Assembly: GCA_052279835.1 (NCBI GenBank)
Contig: CP181291.1
Span: forward strand, 320,001-384,000
Origin: Microcoleus sp.
Lineage (GTDB): Bacteria; Cyanobacteriota; Cyanobacteriia; Cyanobacteriales; Microcoleaceae
Length of the DNA: 64,000 bases
Direction: 5' to 3'
Shown: positions 9,600 to 19,575 of the stretch, piece by piece
How the letters are laid out: each line of letters opens with the position of its first letter
How positions within the stretch are numbered: position 1 is the stretch's first letter
Translations under genes and position numbers: made by a program
Notes under the pieces: generated by a model
Database searches by the model: none
The model's input: only the letters and a program-made list of their open reading frames with translations
What the model was told of the DNA's origin: nothing

Positions 9600-10895
9600 T
9601 TATTCACCGTGTAGTGCCAAGATCGGGTCTAATTTTGCAGCATTGCGCGCAGGGATACCGCCTGCTACCACCCCAACAATTAGCGACAGGACAAACCCCA
9701 CCACCACTGACCACAAGGGGACAACAAAGGGAAATTTGAATAGTGTGGCGGCAGTGAAAGCGAGGGCGATACCCAACCCGATCCCGATCGCACCGCCAAT
9801 ACTAGAAATAACGATCGCTTCCATCAAAAATTGGTTGAGAATCGCACCGCTAGTTGCACCAACGGCTTTACGCAGACCGATTTCGCGCGTCCGTTCCATC
9901 ACCGAAACCAGCATAATATTCGCGATGCCAATACCACCAACAACTAGCGAAATTCCGGCGATCGCAGTTACCATCAGCGTTAACGACCCCATAATACTCG
10001 TGAAAGTATTAATAATATCTACTTGGTTGGTGATCCGAAAATCGTCCTGTTTGGGTGGGCGAATATTATGGCGCAGCCGCAGCACATTCGTCACCTGAAA
10101 TTGCGCCGATTCTAGCTGATCGGCATCGCTGGATTCTAACAAGAAACCATTAATCGCCACACCTGTCAGGGCATTGTTACCAACAATCTGGGCGGACATA
10201 TTAGTCAGCGATAGATAAACCCTGTCATCCATATCTTGGGGCCCCACAGACCCTTTAGACTCCATTACTCCTATCACTTTGTAACGTTTGCCCCGAATCC
10301 GAATATCCGCACCGATCGCATTTTCCGAAGCAGCAAACAAGTCATCTCGAACTTTGGAACCAAGTACCGCTACTGGTTTAGCTATATCCAAATCCTGCTG
10401 ACTAAAAAATACCCCTTGTTGTGGGTGAATATTGCTCACCTTTGGAAAGTTCAAATCCGTGCCAATGCCAGTTGTAGAAATGTTGACATTGCCACGCACC
10501 ACCTGGATATTAGGGCTAAATAAAAATGCTGCAACGGCTGTAGCGGCGGGGACTTGTTTGGCGATCGCCTGAGCATCTTCCCAGGTTAATGTACTAGCAG
10601 AACCAGCCCCCTGACTGATGCCGCCCGTTCTCGCTGATGCTGCTAAAACTTGTAGGATGTTGGTACCCAACGCCTGAATTTTTAACTCCGTTGCCTTTTG
10701 CACTCCTTGACCTACGGAGGTAATTGCAATCACGGAGGAAATACCAATAATTACGCCCAGCATTGTCAATCCCGATCGCACTTTATTACTCCACAGGGTT
10801 TCGACTGCCATGAGGAATATTTCAAGCAGTGAGATTCTGCGTTTATGGCGACGGAATCGAGGCATCAATGACTTTGGAGAACGCCTGGTTTTCAT
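9600..10895 (-). CDS. MacB-type ABC permease
   Basis: RSGLTMLGVIIG; GGIGIANIMLVSVMERTREIGLRKAVGA. Confidence 0.93.
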   Translation of the reverse strand: MKTRRSPKSLMPRFRRHKRRISLLEIFLMAVETLWSNKVRSGLTMLGVIIGISSVIAITSVGQGVQKATELKIQALGTNILQVLAASARTGGISQGAGSASTLTWEDAQAIAKQVPAATAVAAFLFSPNIQVVRGNVNISTTGIGTDLNFPKVSNIHPQQGVFFSQQDLDIAKPVAVLGSKVRDDLFAASENAIGADIRIRGKRYKVIGVMESKGSVGPQDMDDRVYLSLTNMSAQIVGNNALTGVAINGFLLESSDADQLESAQFQVTNVLRLRHNIRPPKQDDFRITNQVDIINTFTSIMGSLTLMVTAIAGISLVVGGIGIANIMLVSVMERTREIGLRKAVGATSGAILNQFLMEAIVISSIGGAIGIGLGIALAFTAATLFKFPFVVPLWSVVVGFVLSLIVGVVAGGIPARNAAKLDPILALHGE

Positions 10896-10936
10896 AGGAG
10901 TTTTTCTTAAAATAAAAAATACAGCGTATTAACTGG

Positions 10937-11088
10937 TTCCCAGGCTCCAGCCTGGGAACCCATATCTAGAGGCTCTGCCTCGGAAAGGGAAAATAGAGAG
11001 GTCGGCAGAGCCTCCCGATCGGCGTTACCAGGCTGGATGGAGGCAGAGCCTCCCGATCAGCGTTACCAGGCTGGAGCCTGGTAACGAG
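10937..11088. repeat. Cluster of REP-like palindromes (CCAGGCTGGAGCCTGG / GAGGCAGAGCCTC family)
   Basis: Several hairpins; same family as 46510-46671. Confidence 0.75.
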
Positions 11089-11140
11089 TAAAAAACCTTT
11101 GTAGGGGTCGTGCCCCCGTGCCGACCCTCCCCATCTACCA

Positions 11141-12775
11141 TCAACCTCCGTTGAGGCCAGTGACTTTGCGGGTACCGGGTGGAAAACTGAGCAAAACCCG
11201 TTCGTTCCCAGTTAAGCCAGACTTGACCTCAGTTTTGTCATTGACAGTTGTCCCAACCACGATCGGCGTAAATACCGGATCTGCGCCTGTTTTCGCCACA
11301 AATACACCCTGAACGGCTGTCTGTTGCACGATCGCAGCCGTCGGCACCACCAGCACCTGAGTCAGTTCTCCGGCTTTGAAATCGATCGTCACATTCATCC
11401 CCTCGTGCAGCAGTCGTTCGGTGTCAGAAACCGCTACTTTCACTTCAAAACTGGTCACATTTTGCTGCACCAAGGACTGGGTAGCCACTTGTGTCACCTT
11501 TCCCTCAAAGGTTTTGCCAGAATAGGCATCCACCTTAATTATCGCCACTTGCCCGACCCGGATTTGGGCAATGCTGGCTTCCGCCACCTGCGCCACGATT
11601 TCATTTTTGGATGCCAGGGCCAGAATTGAAGATGATGTTGCCGAAGTCACCGCACTACCTGCTGTGGTTGGGGTGACAAAGGCACCAGGATCGGCATATT
11701 TGCGGGCAACAATCCCCGCGAAGGGGGCGCGAATTACGGTATCCTCAATACTTCGTTGGACGATCGCGACTGCACCTTGGGCTGCCATTACCTGAGCACG
11801 GGCTTCGGCAATATCTTCGGGGCGAGAACCCGCTTTGAGTAAATTCACGGCCTCTTGTCGCTGTTTGAGGACGCTTTTGGCTTGGGCAATATCTTCGGGG
11901 CGCGATCCGACTTTGAGTAAATTCAATGCCTCTTGTCGCTGTTTGAGGATGCTTTTGGCTTGGGAGATATCTTCGGGGCGCGATCCGACTTTGAGCAAAT
12001 TGAGGGCTTGCTGGGCTTGCTCCACTTGTGCGATCGCACTATCACGGGTCGATCGATCCGTACTGAGAGCTTGTTGCGAGATTGCGCCCGCTGCTTGTAA
12101 CTTTTGATTGCGGCGCAAATCTTCTTCTGCTTGCCTGTGGGTGACTTGGACCTTATTCAGGTTGGCTTGAGCTTGAGCGATATCCTGCGATCGATTCCCC
12201 GCCATTACCTTGTTCAAACTGGCTTTGGATTCATCCACCTGAGCTTGAGCTTGAGCGATATCCTGCGATCGATTTCCAGCAATTACCTTATTCAAACTGG
12301 CGTTGGATTCATCTACCTGAGCTTGAGCTTGAGCGATATCCTGCGATCGATTTCCAGCAATTACTTTATCCAAATTTGCCTCAGCAGCAGCAAGGTTGCC
12401 CCTAGACTGGAGCAATTGCCCTTGGAGGTTCGAGTTATCCATATAGGCAACCACCTGTCCTGCTTGGACAAATTCACCTTCTTTAACCAGCAACTGCTTC
12501 AAGACACCAGAGGTTTTGGGACTGACATTAACCGAACTTTCGGGTTGCACTGTACCATTGGCTGAAACCAATATCGTCAGATTGCCCCGCGTAACTAATG
12601 CTGTCTGAATCTTGCTTTGCGCCTTTTGCTGGGGGACTGTCACCAATTGGTTGTAGGCAACATAGCTGCCGATTCCAGCGATCGGAATTGCTACCAGCAA
12701 CCCCATCAGCCATTTGTTTATTTTTAGCCGATGGATTCCTTGCTGTAAATTCAAACTAATACTGAACATTTTCAC
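11141..12775 (-). CDS. Efflux periplasmic adaptor subunit (MacA/HlyD-like) with extended hairpin
   Basis: N-terminal TM, VSPKTSG, IRAPFAG, internal 26-aa repeats. Confidence 0.9.
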   Translation of the reverse strand: MKMFSISLNLQQGIHRLKINKWLMGLLVAIPIAGIGSYVAYNQLVTVPQQKAQSKIQTALVTRGNLTILVSANGTVQPESSVNVSPKTSGVLKQLLVKEGEFVQAGQVVAYMDNSNLQGQLLQSRGNLAAAEANLDKVIAGNRSQDIAQAQAQVDESNASLNKVIAGNRSQDIAQAQAQVDESKASLNKVMAGNRSQDIAQAQANLNKVQVTHRQAEEDLRRNQKLQAAGAISQQALSTDRSTRDSAIAQVEQAQQALNLLKVGSRPEDISQAKSILKQRQEALNLLKVGSRPEDIAQAKSVLKQRQEAVNLLKAGSRPEDIAEARAQVMAAQGAVAIVQRSIEDTVIRAPFAGIVARKYADPGAFVTPTTAGSAVTSATSSSILALASKNEIVAQVAEASIAQIRVGQVAIIKVDAYSGKTFEGKVTQVATQSLVQQNVTSFEVKVAVSDTERLLHEGMNVTIDFKAGELTQVLVVPTAAIVQQTAVQGVFVAKTGADPVFTPIVVGTTVNDKTEVKSGLTGNERVLLSFPPGTRKVTGLNGG

Positions 12776-13301
12776 CTCAAATTACTTTCGGTGTAAGGGC
12801 GATCGCTTTTATAAATAAAATACAGTTATGTTTTTCATCAAATTATTTTTCAAATATAAACTTGAGATACTCATACTTTGAAGTAAATTCTCAAACTTGT
12901 TAAGCGATCGCAAATCAAGCATAGCTGCCAGGATTAATAAAAATATGTCTCTAAATATAGAGATAAATAATTATAAAAGATTAGTATCTTAGCGCGAGCA
13001 TTAGGCTTAAACTTAATCTATTACTATTGACATAGATTACCTTAGAAATTAGGACTTAAATATCTGTCTATTGACTGATAGATTTACGGGTGATTCCGAG
13101 TCTAGTTAAAGTGGGTAGATAGCCGATAAATTTAATCCCCGTAAAATCAGAAAAAACTTAGATCAAATCCGTGGGTATCAAAATCATTCATCCCTCTCTT
13201 CTCTTTCTCTGCGCTCTCTGCGCCCTCTGCGGTTTAATAATTCCGAAACCACCATAAACGATATTATTTTTTTTTCCAAAATTAGAGTATTTTAGAGGTC
13301 A

Positions 13302-14264
13302 GTGATGCCAACTGCAACAGATTTTAAAGACTATTACACGATTTTAGGAGTAACCAAAACGGCAACTCCTGAAGAAATCAAACGCGCTTATCGCAAACTT
13401 GCTCGCAAATACCATCCTGACCTTAATCCTGGAGATAAAGACGCAGAGGCAAAATTCAAAGACCTCAATGAAGCCAATGAGGTGCTTTCCGATCCAGAGA
13501 AACGGCCGAAGTACGATCGATTTGGCGAGCACTGGAACCACCCCGGTTACAGTGAAGCGCCACCATCTAGAGGTACTAATTCTGGGACGGTTGACTTCGA
13601 TCAATACGGCGATTTTGATTCATTTATCAACGATTTGTTAGGTCGATCGCGAAACGGATCGCAACGTAGAACCAACGCAACCAGTGGCTTTGATGATTAT
13701 GGTGGCGGATTTCGCTCTCAAGCCCCCGCACCGGATAGCGAAGCTGCGATCGCCCTGACATTTTCCGAAGCGTTTCACGGCGTCCAGAAACGGCTGCAAT
13801 TCGACGATGAAACAATCAACGTCCGTATTCCCGCAGGCGCAAAACCAGGTAGTCGCATTCGCCTCAAGGGTAAAGGCCGCGCTAGTCCGTTTTCTCAACA
13901 GCGTGGCGATTTGTATCTGACGATCGAGATATTAGCTCATCCGTTCTTCCGATTCGAGGGTGATGACCTCGTTTGTGACGTGCCAATTCGCCCCGATGAA
14001 GCGGTTTTAGGGGCCGAAATCAGCGTGCCCACACCGGATGGTAGTGTGACGATGAAAGTGCCTAAAGGAGTGCGATCGGGACAATCGCTCAGACTGCGCG
14101 GCAAAGGCTGGACATTGCAAAAAGGGGGACGCGGTGACTTACTTGCCAAACTTCTGATTGTCACGCCAAAAGACTTAAGTGCGATCGAGCAAGAATGCTA
14201 CGAAAAAATCCAGGCAAATACCAACTTTAACCCGCGCGCTCAGTTAGAGGAGATTAAATTATGA
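13302..14264 (+). CDS. cbpA: DnaJ-class chaperone without zinc finger (CbpA-like)
   Basis: J domain with HPD, DnaJ_C domain, overlaps cbpM. Confidence 0.8.
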   Translation: MMPTATDFKDYYTILGVTKTATPEEIKRAYRKLARKYHPDLNPGDKDAEAKFKDLNEANEVLSDPEKRPKYDRFGEHWNHPGYSEAPPSRGTNSGTVDFDQYGDFDSFINDLLGRSRNGSQRRTNATSGFDDYGGGFRSQAPAPDSEAAIALTFSEAFHGVQKRLQFDDETINVRIPAGAKPGSRIRLKGKGRASPFSQQRGDLYLTIEILAHPFFRFEGDDLVCDVPIRPDEAVLGAEISVPTPDGSVTMKVPKGVRSGQSLRLRGKGWTLQKGGRGDLLAKLLIVTPKDLSAIEQECYEKIQANTNFNPRAQLEEIKL

Positions 14265-14551
14265 GCTTTAGCCTTTCAACAACGGTGGTTTCACTCGAAG
14301 GAGACCAACTCTACACCTTTGAATATGCTGCATGGGTAACAGAGACTTCGGTTATGCTGGTGAAGGTTTATGTTGAGTTGGGGGTAATTGAGGCGATCGG
14401 CTCAATGCTACATCCCCGCGAGATTGCTCGAATTGCTCAGATTCAGCGCTTGCGTCAAGACTTGGGGCTAAACTTAGTCGGAGCGGCAATGGTGCTAGAT
14501 ATGGCGAATGAAATTGCCCAACTACGAGCACAATTAAAGGCATATCAGTGA
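14261..14551 (+). CDS. cbpM: Chaperone modulator CbpM (MerR-like)
   Basis: [18 protein letters not shown]; 4-bp overlap with cbpA. Confidence 0.8.
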   Translation: MSFSLSTTVVSLEGDQLYTFEYAAWVTETSVMLVKVYVELGVIEAIGSMLHPREIARIAQIQRLRQDLGLNLVGAAMVLDMANEIAQLRAQLKAYQ

Positions 14552-14868
14552 AATTTAAACCCATAACTGCGGGTGCTATTCTTTTTAGTGGGGTTGTCTG
14601 CGATCGTGGTAGGTATTTATGTCACGTAGAATAGGAACTTATTTGTAAAATACATTATGTTTTGGCAATGGCTTAAATCCCCTGTGCATTGCGTATAAGT
14701 TGTATAATATCTACTAATATATTCACAAAGAGAGATACTATTTTGAAAAATTTAGGTTAAAGTCAACGTGACGACAAAAAAAACTAAAGCTAAGATCTAA
14801 CCCTTAACAAAATGAGATTTAGACCAATACATCGTTAACAATAAAAATTGTTAACTAAGGAGATATTA

Positions 14869-15273
14869 ATGGACGCAAAATTAGGTCTTTGGATTGACCA
14901 CAGGAAAGCTATTGTTGTGGGTATTACCGACAAAGGAGAAGAGAAAAAAGAGATAATATCGGAGGTGGAAAAACAGGATCGGCGTTCTGGTGATTCACCT
15001 CTTAATGGCGCTTATGAATCACTTCAAAAATTAGCTGATGATAGTCGCCAGAGAGCTTTTACAGGACAGCTCAATATTTACTACGATCGGGTGATTGCGT
15101 ATATCCGTGATGCCAAATCAATTCTGATATTTGGTCCGGGTGAAGCCAAAAATGAACTGAAACAACGTCTTGAGGTAAATAATCTGGGTGGTCGCATTGT
15201 AGGTATTGAAACAGTTGACAAGATGACTGAGCCTCAGATAGCGGCCAAGATTCGACAGCACTTTGCCGAGTAG
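14869..15273 (+). CDS. Small eRF1-domain-like (baeRF/host-attachment-like) protein
   Basis: GLWIDHRKA...ILIFGPGEAKNEL...ETVDKMTEPQIAA. Confidence 0.55.
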   Translation: MDAKLGLWIDHRKAIVVGITDKGEEKKEIISEVEKQDRRSGDSPLNGAYESLQKLADDSRQRAFTGQLNIYYDRVIAYIRDAKSILIFGPGEAKNELKQRLEVNNLGGRIVGIETVDKMTEPQIAAKIRQHFAE

Positions 15274-15461
15274 TGTGATTGCCCTGGGGCTGAGGGGGTG
15301 CGATGGGAGGGCGATCGAGATATGTGCAAGGACCGATCGACTCCCACCCCAAATTGACCCTGAAAATAATACACTCAAAATTGGAAAATAGGTGTATAAT
15401 TTGTTTGAAGTCATTTTTTACGGTGATGCCTACAAGGTAAACACAAGTAAAAAAGACAAGG

Positions 15462-15533
15462 GCGGACGTAATTCAGTGGTAGAATGTCAGCTTCCCATGC
15501 TGAACGTCGCGGGTTCGAGTCCCGCCGTCCGCT
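15462..15533 (+). tRNA. tRNA-Gly(CCC)
   Basis: Acceptor stem GCGGACG/CGTCCGC, anticodon arm TCAGC-TTCCCAT-GCTGA, T loop TTCGAGT; CCA not encoded. Confidence 0.95.
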
Positions 15534-15589
15534 TATACTATAAAAACCTCAAACTCACGAGAAATCAACGGTTTGAGGTTTTTAAATGC
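15490..15589 (+). repeat. att site, left 100-bp direct repeat (tRNA 3' half plus terminator)
   Basis: Identical to 23393-23492. Confidence 0.95.
15542..15583 (+). terminator. tRNA terminator hairpin
   Basis: AAAAACCTCAAAC ... GTTTGAGGTTTTT; duplicated in the right repeat. Confidence 0.7.
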
Positions 15590-15618
15590 TGATTTTTGGG
15601 GCTATCAAGGGGTCTAGT

Positions 15619-15710
15619 TGACTAGAAATTGACTACGATTTGACTACGGAATGACCAAACTGAGTATCAACTGACTACGAATTGACTACGGTTTTATTGA
15701 CCGTAGTCAG
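15619..15710. promoter_or_regulatory. Putative integrase arm-type sites (TTGACTACGG repeats)
   Basis: Several direct copies plus one inverted copy (CCGTAGTCAG); the same motif occurs twice at 23301-23321. Confidence 0.65.
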
Positions 15711-15757
15711 TCCCTCCCCGCAAAACACCTCGCTTCCTGTTGTAAGTCAGGATTCCC

Positions 15758-16087
15758 TCACAATAAGCTGTCAGCTTGACTAAGCAATTCTAGAATCGCC
15801 TCAATATCAGCCAAGTCCGCCTTAGACTTTTTGCGTCGCGCTTTTAACTGGTTAAGCAGTTCGGCCGGCTCTGGGAATTCTGCGACGGTCGGAACCGAAT
15901 TTCTATTTTCTCCCCGATCGCTCGTCATCCTCTTAAGCTCTTCCTCCAACATCTGAACCTTCAGCCCCAAATCGCCGTTGCGCTCGTGCAACTGATTGAG
16001 CTCTTTGTCCCATTCTGCAAGTTGCCTGTTGGCCGCTTTCAATTCCTGCCTGAGTGATTCATCGTTTCCGTCACTCAGGCACTCAAT
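15758..16087 (-). CDS. Coiled-coil ORF, probably reached by -1 frameshift from the upstream RHH-like ORF
   Basis: Frame is open from the GGGAAAA site to the stop at 15758; heptad-rich sequence; no ATG at its 5' end. Confidence 0.65.
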   Translation of the reverse strand: MECLSDGNDESLRQELKAANRQLAEWDKELNQLHERNGDLGLKVQMLEEELKRMTSDRGENRNSVPTVAEFPEPAELLNQLKARRKKSKADLADIEAILELLSQADSLL

Positions 16088-16422
16088 TTTCCCAGCCGTT
16101 CCTCAATGGCGGTCATCCGCTCCATCACAGGGTCAAGACTTGAACTTACAGCCTTGTCTACAATGTCTACAATGTTTGTAGACACGACATCATGAGAGTT
16201 TATTGTAGACACATTGGCGGGAAGTGTAGACACATCGGCAGATAGTGTAGACACAGGATTGCCGCTAGTTATGCGCAGCTTGTAGTCACCGTACACTCCC
16301 GATATTTCCTTGAGAATGCGTTGTGCAGCTTGATTTACCGACTCACCATCTAGTCTTTGAGCTTCTATCCAGTTCAGGAAGTGGCCGGAAGCTCTGAACG
16401 ATACGACTTGACTTTGACTCAT
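16075..16422 (-). CDS. Ribbon-helix-helix-like DNA-binding protein
   Basis: MSQSQVVSFRASGHFLNWIEAQRLDGESVNQAAQRILKEI fits a strand-helix-helix pattern; ends RLGKLSA*. Confidence 0.65.
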   Translation of the reverse strand: MSQSQVVSFRASGHFLNWIEAQRLDGESVNQAAQRILKEISGVYGDYKLRITSGNPVSTLSADVSTLPANVSTINSHDVVSTNIVDIVDKAVSSSLDPVMERMTAIEERLGKLSA

Positions 16423-16563
16423 TGTAGACACCTGTATACAGCCTTTGTCTACAGTAACTGACAACTGTCTACAATGTCAACAGATTGTCTACAAAGATTG
16501 TAGACACGAAAATCCCCCAAGGTCGAGGGATAAGAGTACCAGTCGTTAGTCCTTGGTCATTGC

Positions 16564-19443
16564 CTAGTCAGGAATCGCCCTTAAGTCTTGGGGGTTGAGC
16601 CAAGTCGTAAAACTGCCATCAGGCTTCAGACAACAAACGTGGTGGTTTTTAACCTCATCAACCACAAGGTCAAGTTTTCCGTACTGTGCTACGCAGCCAG
16701 CGTTGTCACCCACGTAGCGGACTCGCACACCTTTTTTGAGGGTTACGCGCTTGGGCTGTGTCGGTGGTGTAGTACAGCTCTGCATTAGGGGTTGTAAAAT
16801 TTCAGAAGGTGGTGTTTTTAAGTCCACTGAGTCCACTGGAAGCTCTAAACTTTTACTAGATAAAGGATTAAGAGTTAAATCATTGAGTCCACTGGAAGTC
16901 CACTGGAGTCCACTGGAGTCCACTGGAAATTGATTATTTATAAATCCAGTGGACTCAGTGGACTCAGTGGACTTATGACTGTGGACTTCCCAAACCTTTT
17001 CTACATCTGACTTGTAGATATCAGTGGACTCAGTGGACTGTGGACTGAGAGTAAATGATAAAAGCTTCCCAGTATCAGTAGTATTTCCGTACTTCATTAG
17101 TGTTAATTGCCCAAACCACTCACGCACTTGTTGCACAGACGGCCTTTGTTTTGAGTTGAATGTTTGTTGGACATCTCGAATTTGAATTACCCCTCCCTTG
17201 CGTTCTGCCAGTAAAATAACTTTTGTCAAATTTGGTGCAAGAGCCGTCCGCTCAGAAAACTCTGCATAAAGACTTGCAATTTGGTCGGAACTGAATTTGA
17301 CAAACTTTATCGCAGCCTCAACCGCGTTTTTAGGAATTAGAGGGTTAACCGGGACACCATTAAAAGTGCAAGTGATGGTGTGGATAATAGTGGCCATCTT
17401 GCCAACTTTCTCAGGCATTTTGCCTATCATTGCCCTCATCCCTTGTTTCGGTTCTGTGACTCGTCGTCTTTCTGTTGCGTTGTAAAATGCCGTGAAAAGT
17501 CTCTTAGCTTCTGGGTTTAGTTCAAGTCTTAGCGCTGGCAGTGTATCTATTCTTTGGTACAAACTACTGAGCATCGGAGTGATATCGAAGGTGCCGCTGT
17601 CATCCTCTGGCAACTCTGATGCAGCAAGTGGTTGGAGCACAAAATCAAACCGAGCAAACTTACCATTGGCATCAGAGCAGTCTTTAAGTAAACCTGCCAA
17701 TACGTCAGGCTGGATGGTTCCAAAAACGCTTAGCAAAAGACCGTCTAAATCTGCCTTAACTCCTGAAGCTCGAAGAACTGTACTGCCTGTGCCATTCCAG
17801 AATTCGAGTAGGTCTTCATCGTCTGAACCTTTGCCACCTCGGTACTGGTTGGCTGACTTGAATAACCCGGCGAGTTCATCGCAACGAAACATTAGCGCTT
17901 GGTCGGGATGCTCGGCGACTTGGTACAAAATGCCTTCTCCTGTGGTCTTAGAGAAAGAATAAAGTCTTTGGCGTGGAGCTTTAGGGGGTGGACATTGCTC
18001 TTCTTCACCTTTTTTCTTCTTGTTGGACTTGTAAATCGCTAGTTCCTGTTCGTAGTCTTTGCAAGCTTCCATGTACTCTTCTCGTGCCTTGTCTCGTAGC
18101 GGTTTCATTGGGCGGTCAATTATAGCCCGCATAATTGGGGACTTCTTCTGAGATGACTCAGCTACGATGCCTGCAAAGTAATTGGGGCTACATCGGTAAT
18201 CTGTATCGCGCCTTAGAAGGACTTCTGAACCGACTTTGAACAAGCTAGACACTTGGGTTAACAGCGCTGCTAAATAACATTCAGTTTTGAGGTTTAACCG
18301 TGATGCCAATTTTTCGATCGGAGCTGCAAGCGCTGGTGGTAATAATTCTGCCAATATAATCTGGGATTTTTGAGCCGAAAGGAGTCGTTCAACCTCTGTG
18401 GCTACGTCTTCTTGGGTAGATTCTTGTTCTTGCTCCTCTTCCCTGATCTTGTAAATCTTGAAGACTTCTTGGGGGTTGAGTCGGTATTTTTGAGCCAACT
18501 CAGCTAGCTTGACCTGGGTCTGTGAGCGTTTTAAATCTTGGGCTAAAATTTCATCAACCTCATGCTCCAGGAGTGAGAGGTTGGGAGGGGTAAATTTGGG
18601 ATGGCTAACAACCTTTGATATTTGCTGAGTATCCTTCTTCTCTCCCACCGCAGCCAAGATGTCAGCCCGTGCTATTACGCAGCTATCCATCCAATCCTTG
18701 ATATCCAATCCCTGACTTTTTGGCAGATTGTTCCAGGCTGGTGAGTCTGGATAAGCGTAAAGCCAAAGAGCGTCAGGGAATTCCTGGTGCAATAAGTTGG
18801 CGTGCTTGATTCCTGGTTCGTCCCTGTCGGGACAAATAACAACTTTCGCGCCCTCTAAATCAGTTGTGTCAGAGGAACGCCACTTGCCAGAGCCACCAAT
18901 GTTACAGGTAGCGGCCAAACCTAGCCCCCATAAAATGTCGGCGCAACTTTCGCCCTCAACGATGAAAATTAGCTCGTTATTTGCGATCGCCTTTTTGACA
19001 TCTGCGTAGCGGTAAACAGGGATATTTTCACGTTCAACCCCTTCAGTCCCTCCTATCCAGCCAGTTTGTCGAGAACTCTTGCACTTACCCCAACTCTGTT
19101 GAGTCCAGTCAGCCTTGCTACCTTTGCCGTCGTCAAACCGTACAACGCGGACAAGGGGGGAGCCATCGCGGGCGGGATATTCCCAGTAACGAGTCTGGCG
19201 GGGACGGATTGCTTTTTTCTCTTGAGGGCGGGCGTAGTAAATTTTGCCGTCCTTGTCTGCTTTCGATGTTGCTTCCCAACCAGTAGCGGGCGGTTGGTCG
19301 CGGTTGCAAACTGAAAGTTCACCAATTGAGTAGCACCAGTCAGGCTTGCTACAGTGGGGACATGGATTGGACTTTGTAGCGCGAACAAGATTTCCGCGAG
19401 TGCTTGCAGATTGACCACCGATCGGAGTAGAATTGTCGTACAT
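16564..19443 (-). CDS. Replication protein: zinc finger + TOPRIM primase + DUF3987 helicase-like domain
   Basis: CPHCSKPDWC; FIVEGESCAD and ICPDRDEPG (TOPRIM); SSQKKSP, DELAG and FGTIQP (DUF3987-like). Confidence 0.8.
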   Translation of the reverse strand: MYDNSTPIGGQSASTRGNLVRATKSNPCPHCSKPDWCYSIGELSVCNRDQPPATGWEATSKADKDGKIYYARPQEKKAIRPRQTRYWEYPARDGSPLVRVVRFDDGKGSKADWTQQSWGKCKSSRQTGWIGGTEGVERENIPVYRYADVKKAIANNELIFIVEGESCADILWGLGLAATCNIGGSGKWRSSDTTDLEGAKVVICPDRDEPGIKHANLLHQEFPDALWLYAYPDSPAWNNLPKSQGLDIKDWMDSCVIARADILAAVGEKKDTQQISKVVSHPKFTPPNLSLLEHEVDEILAQDLKRSQTQVKLAELAQKYRLNPQEVFKIYKIREEEQEQESTQEDVATEVERLLSAQKSQIILAELLPPALAAPIEKLASRLNLKTECYLAALLTQVSSLFKVGSEVLLRRDTDYRCSPNYFAGIVAESSQKKSPIMRAIIDRPMKPLRDKAREEYMEACKDYEQELAIYKSNKKKKGEEEQCPPPKAPRQRLYSFSKTTGEGILYQVAEHPDQALMFRCDELAGLFKSANQYRGGKGSDDEDLLEFWNGTGSTVLRASGVKADLDGLLLSVFGTIQPDVLAGLLKDCSDANGKFARFDFVLQPLAASELPEDDSGTFDITPMLSSLYQRIDTLPALRLELNPEAKRLFTAFYNATERRRVTEPKQGMRAMIGKMPEKVGKMATIIHTITCTFNGVPVNPLIPKNAVEAAIKFVKFSSDQIASLYAEFSERTALAPNLTKVILLAERKGGVIQIRDVQQTFNSKQRPSVQQVREWFGQLTLMKYGNTTDTGKLLSFTLSPQSTESTDIYKSDVEKVWEVHSHKSTESTESTGFINNQFPVDSSGLQWTSSGLNDLTLNPLSSKSLELPVDSVDLKTPPSEILQPLMQSCTTPPTQPKRVTLKKGVRVRYVGDNAGCVAQYGKLDLVVDEVKNHHVCCLKPDGSFTTWLNPQDLRAIPD
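16821..17046. promoter_or_regulatory. Putative replication origin: inverted iteron arrays around an AT-rich spacer
   Basis: Six AGTCCACTG copies, then AAATTGATTATTTATAAAT, then five CAGTGGACT copies plus two variants. Confidence 0.75.
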
Positions 19444-19575
19444 GAAAATTGGCTCGCCCTTAAGCGAGTTGAAGTCCTTGAAACCGTTGCGCGACTGGTT
19501 CCAATAGAAGAGCAGCGGTTTTTTGGCGTTTACTTTTTTTGAAAATTTAGGACACAGGAGGAACCGCCCCGCGGG

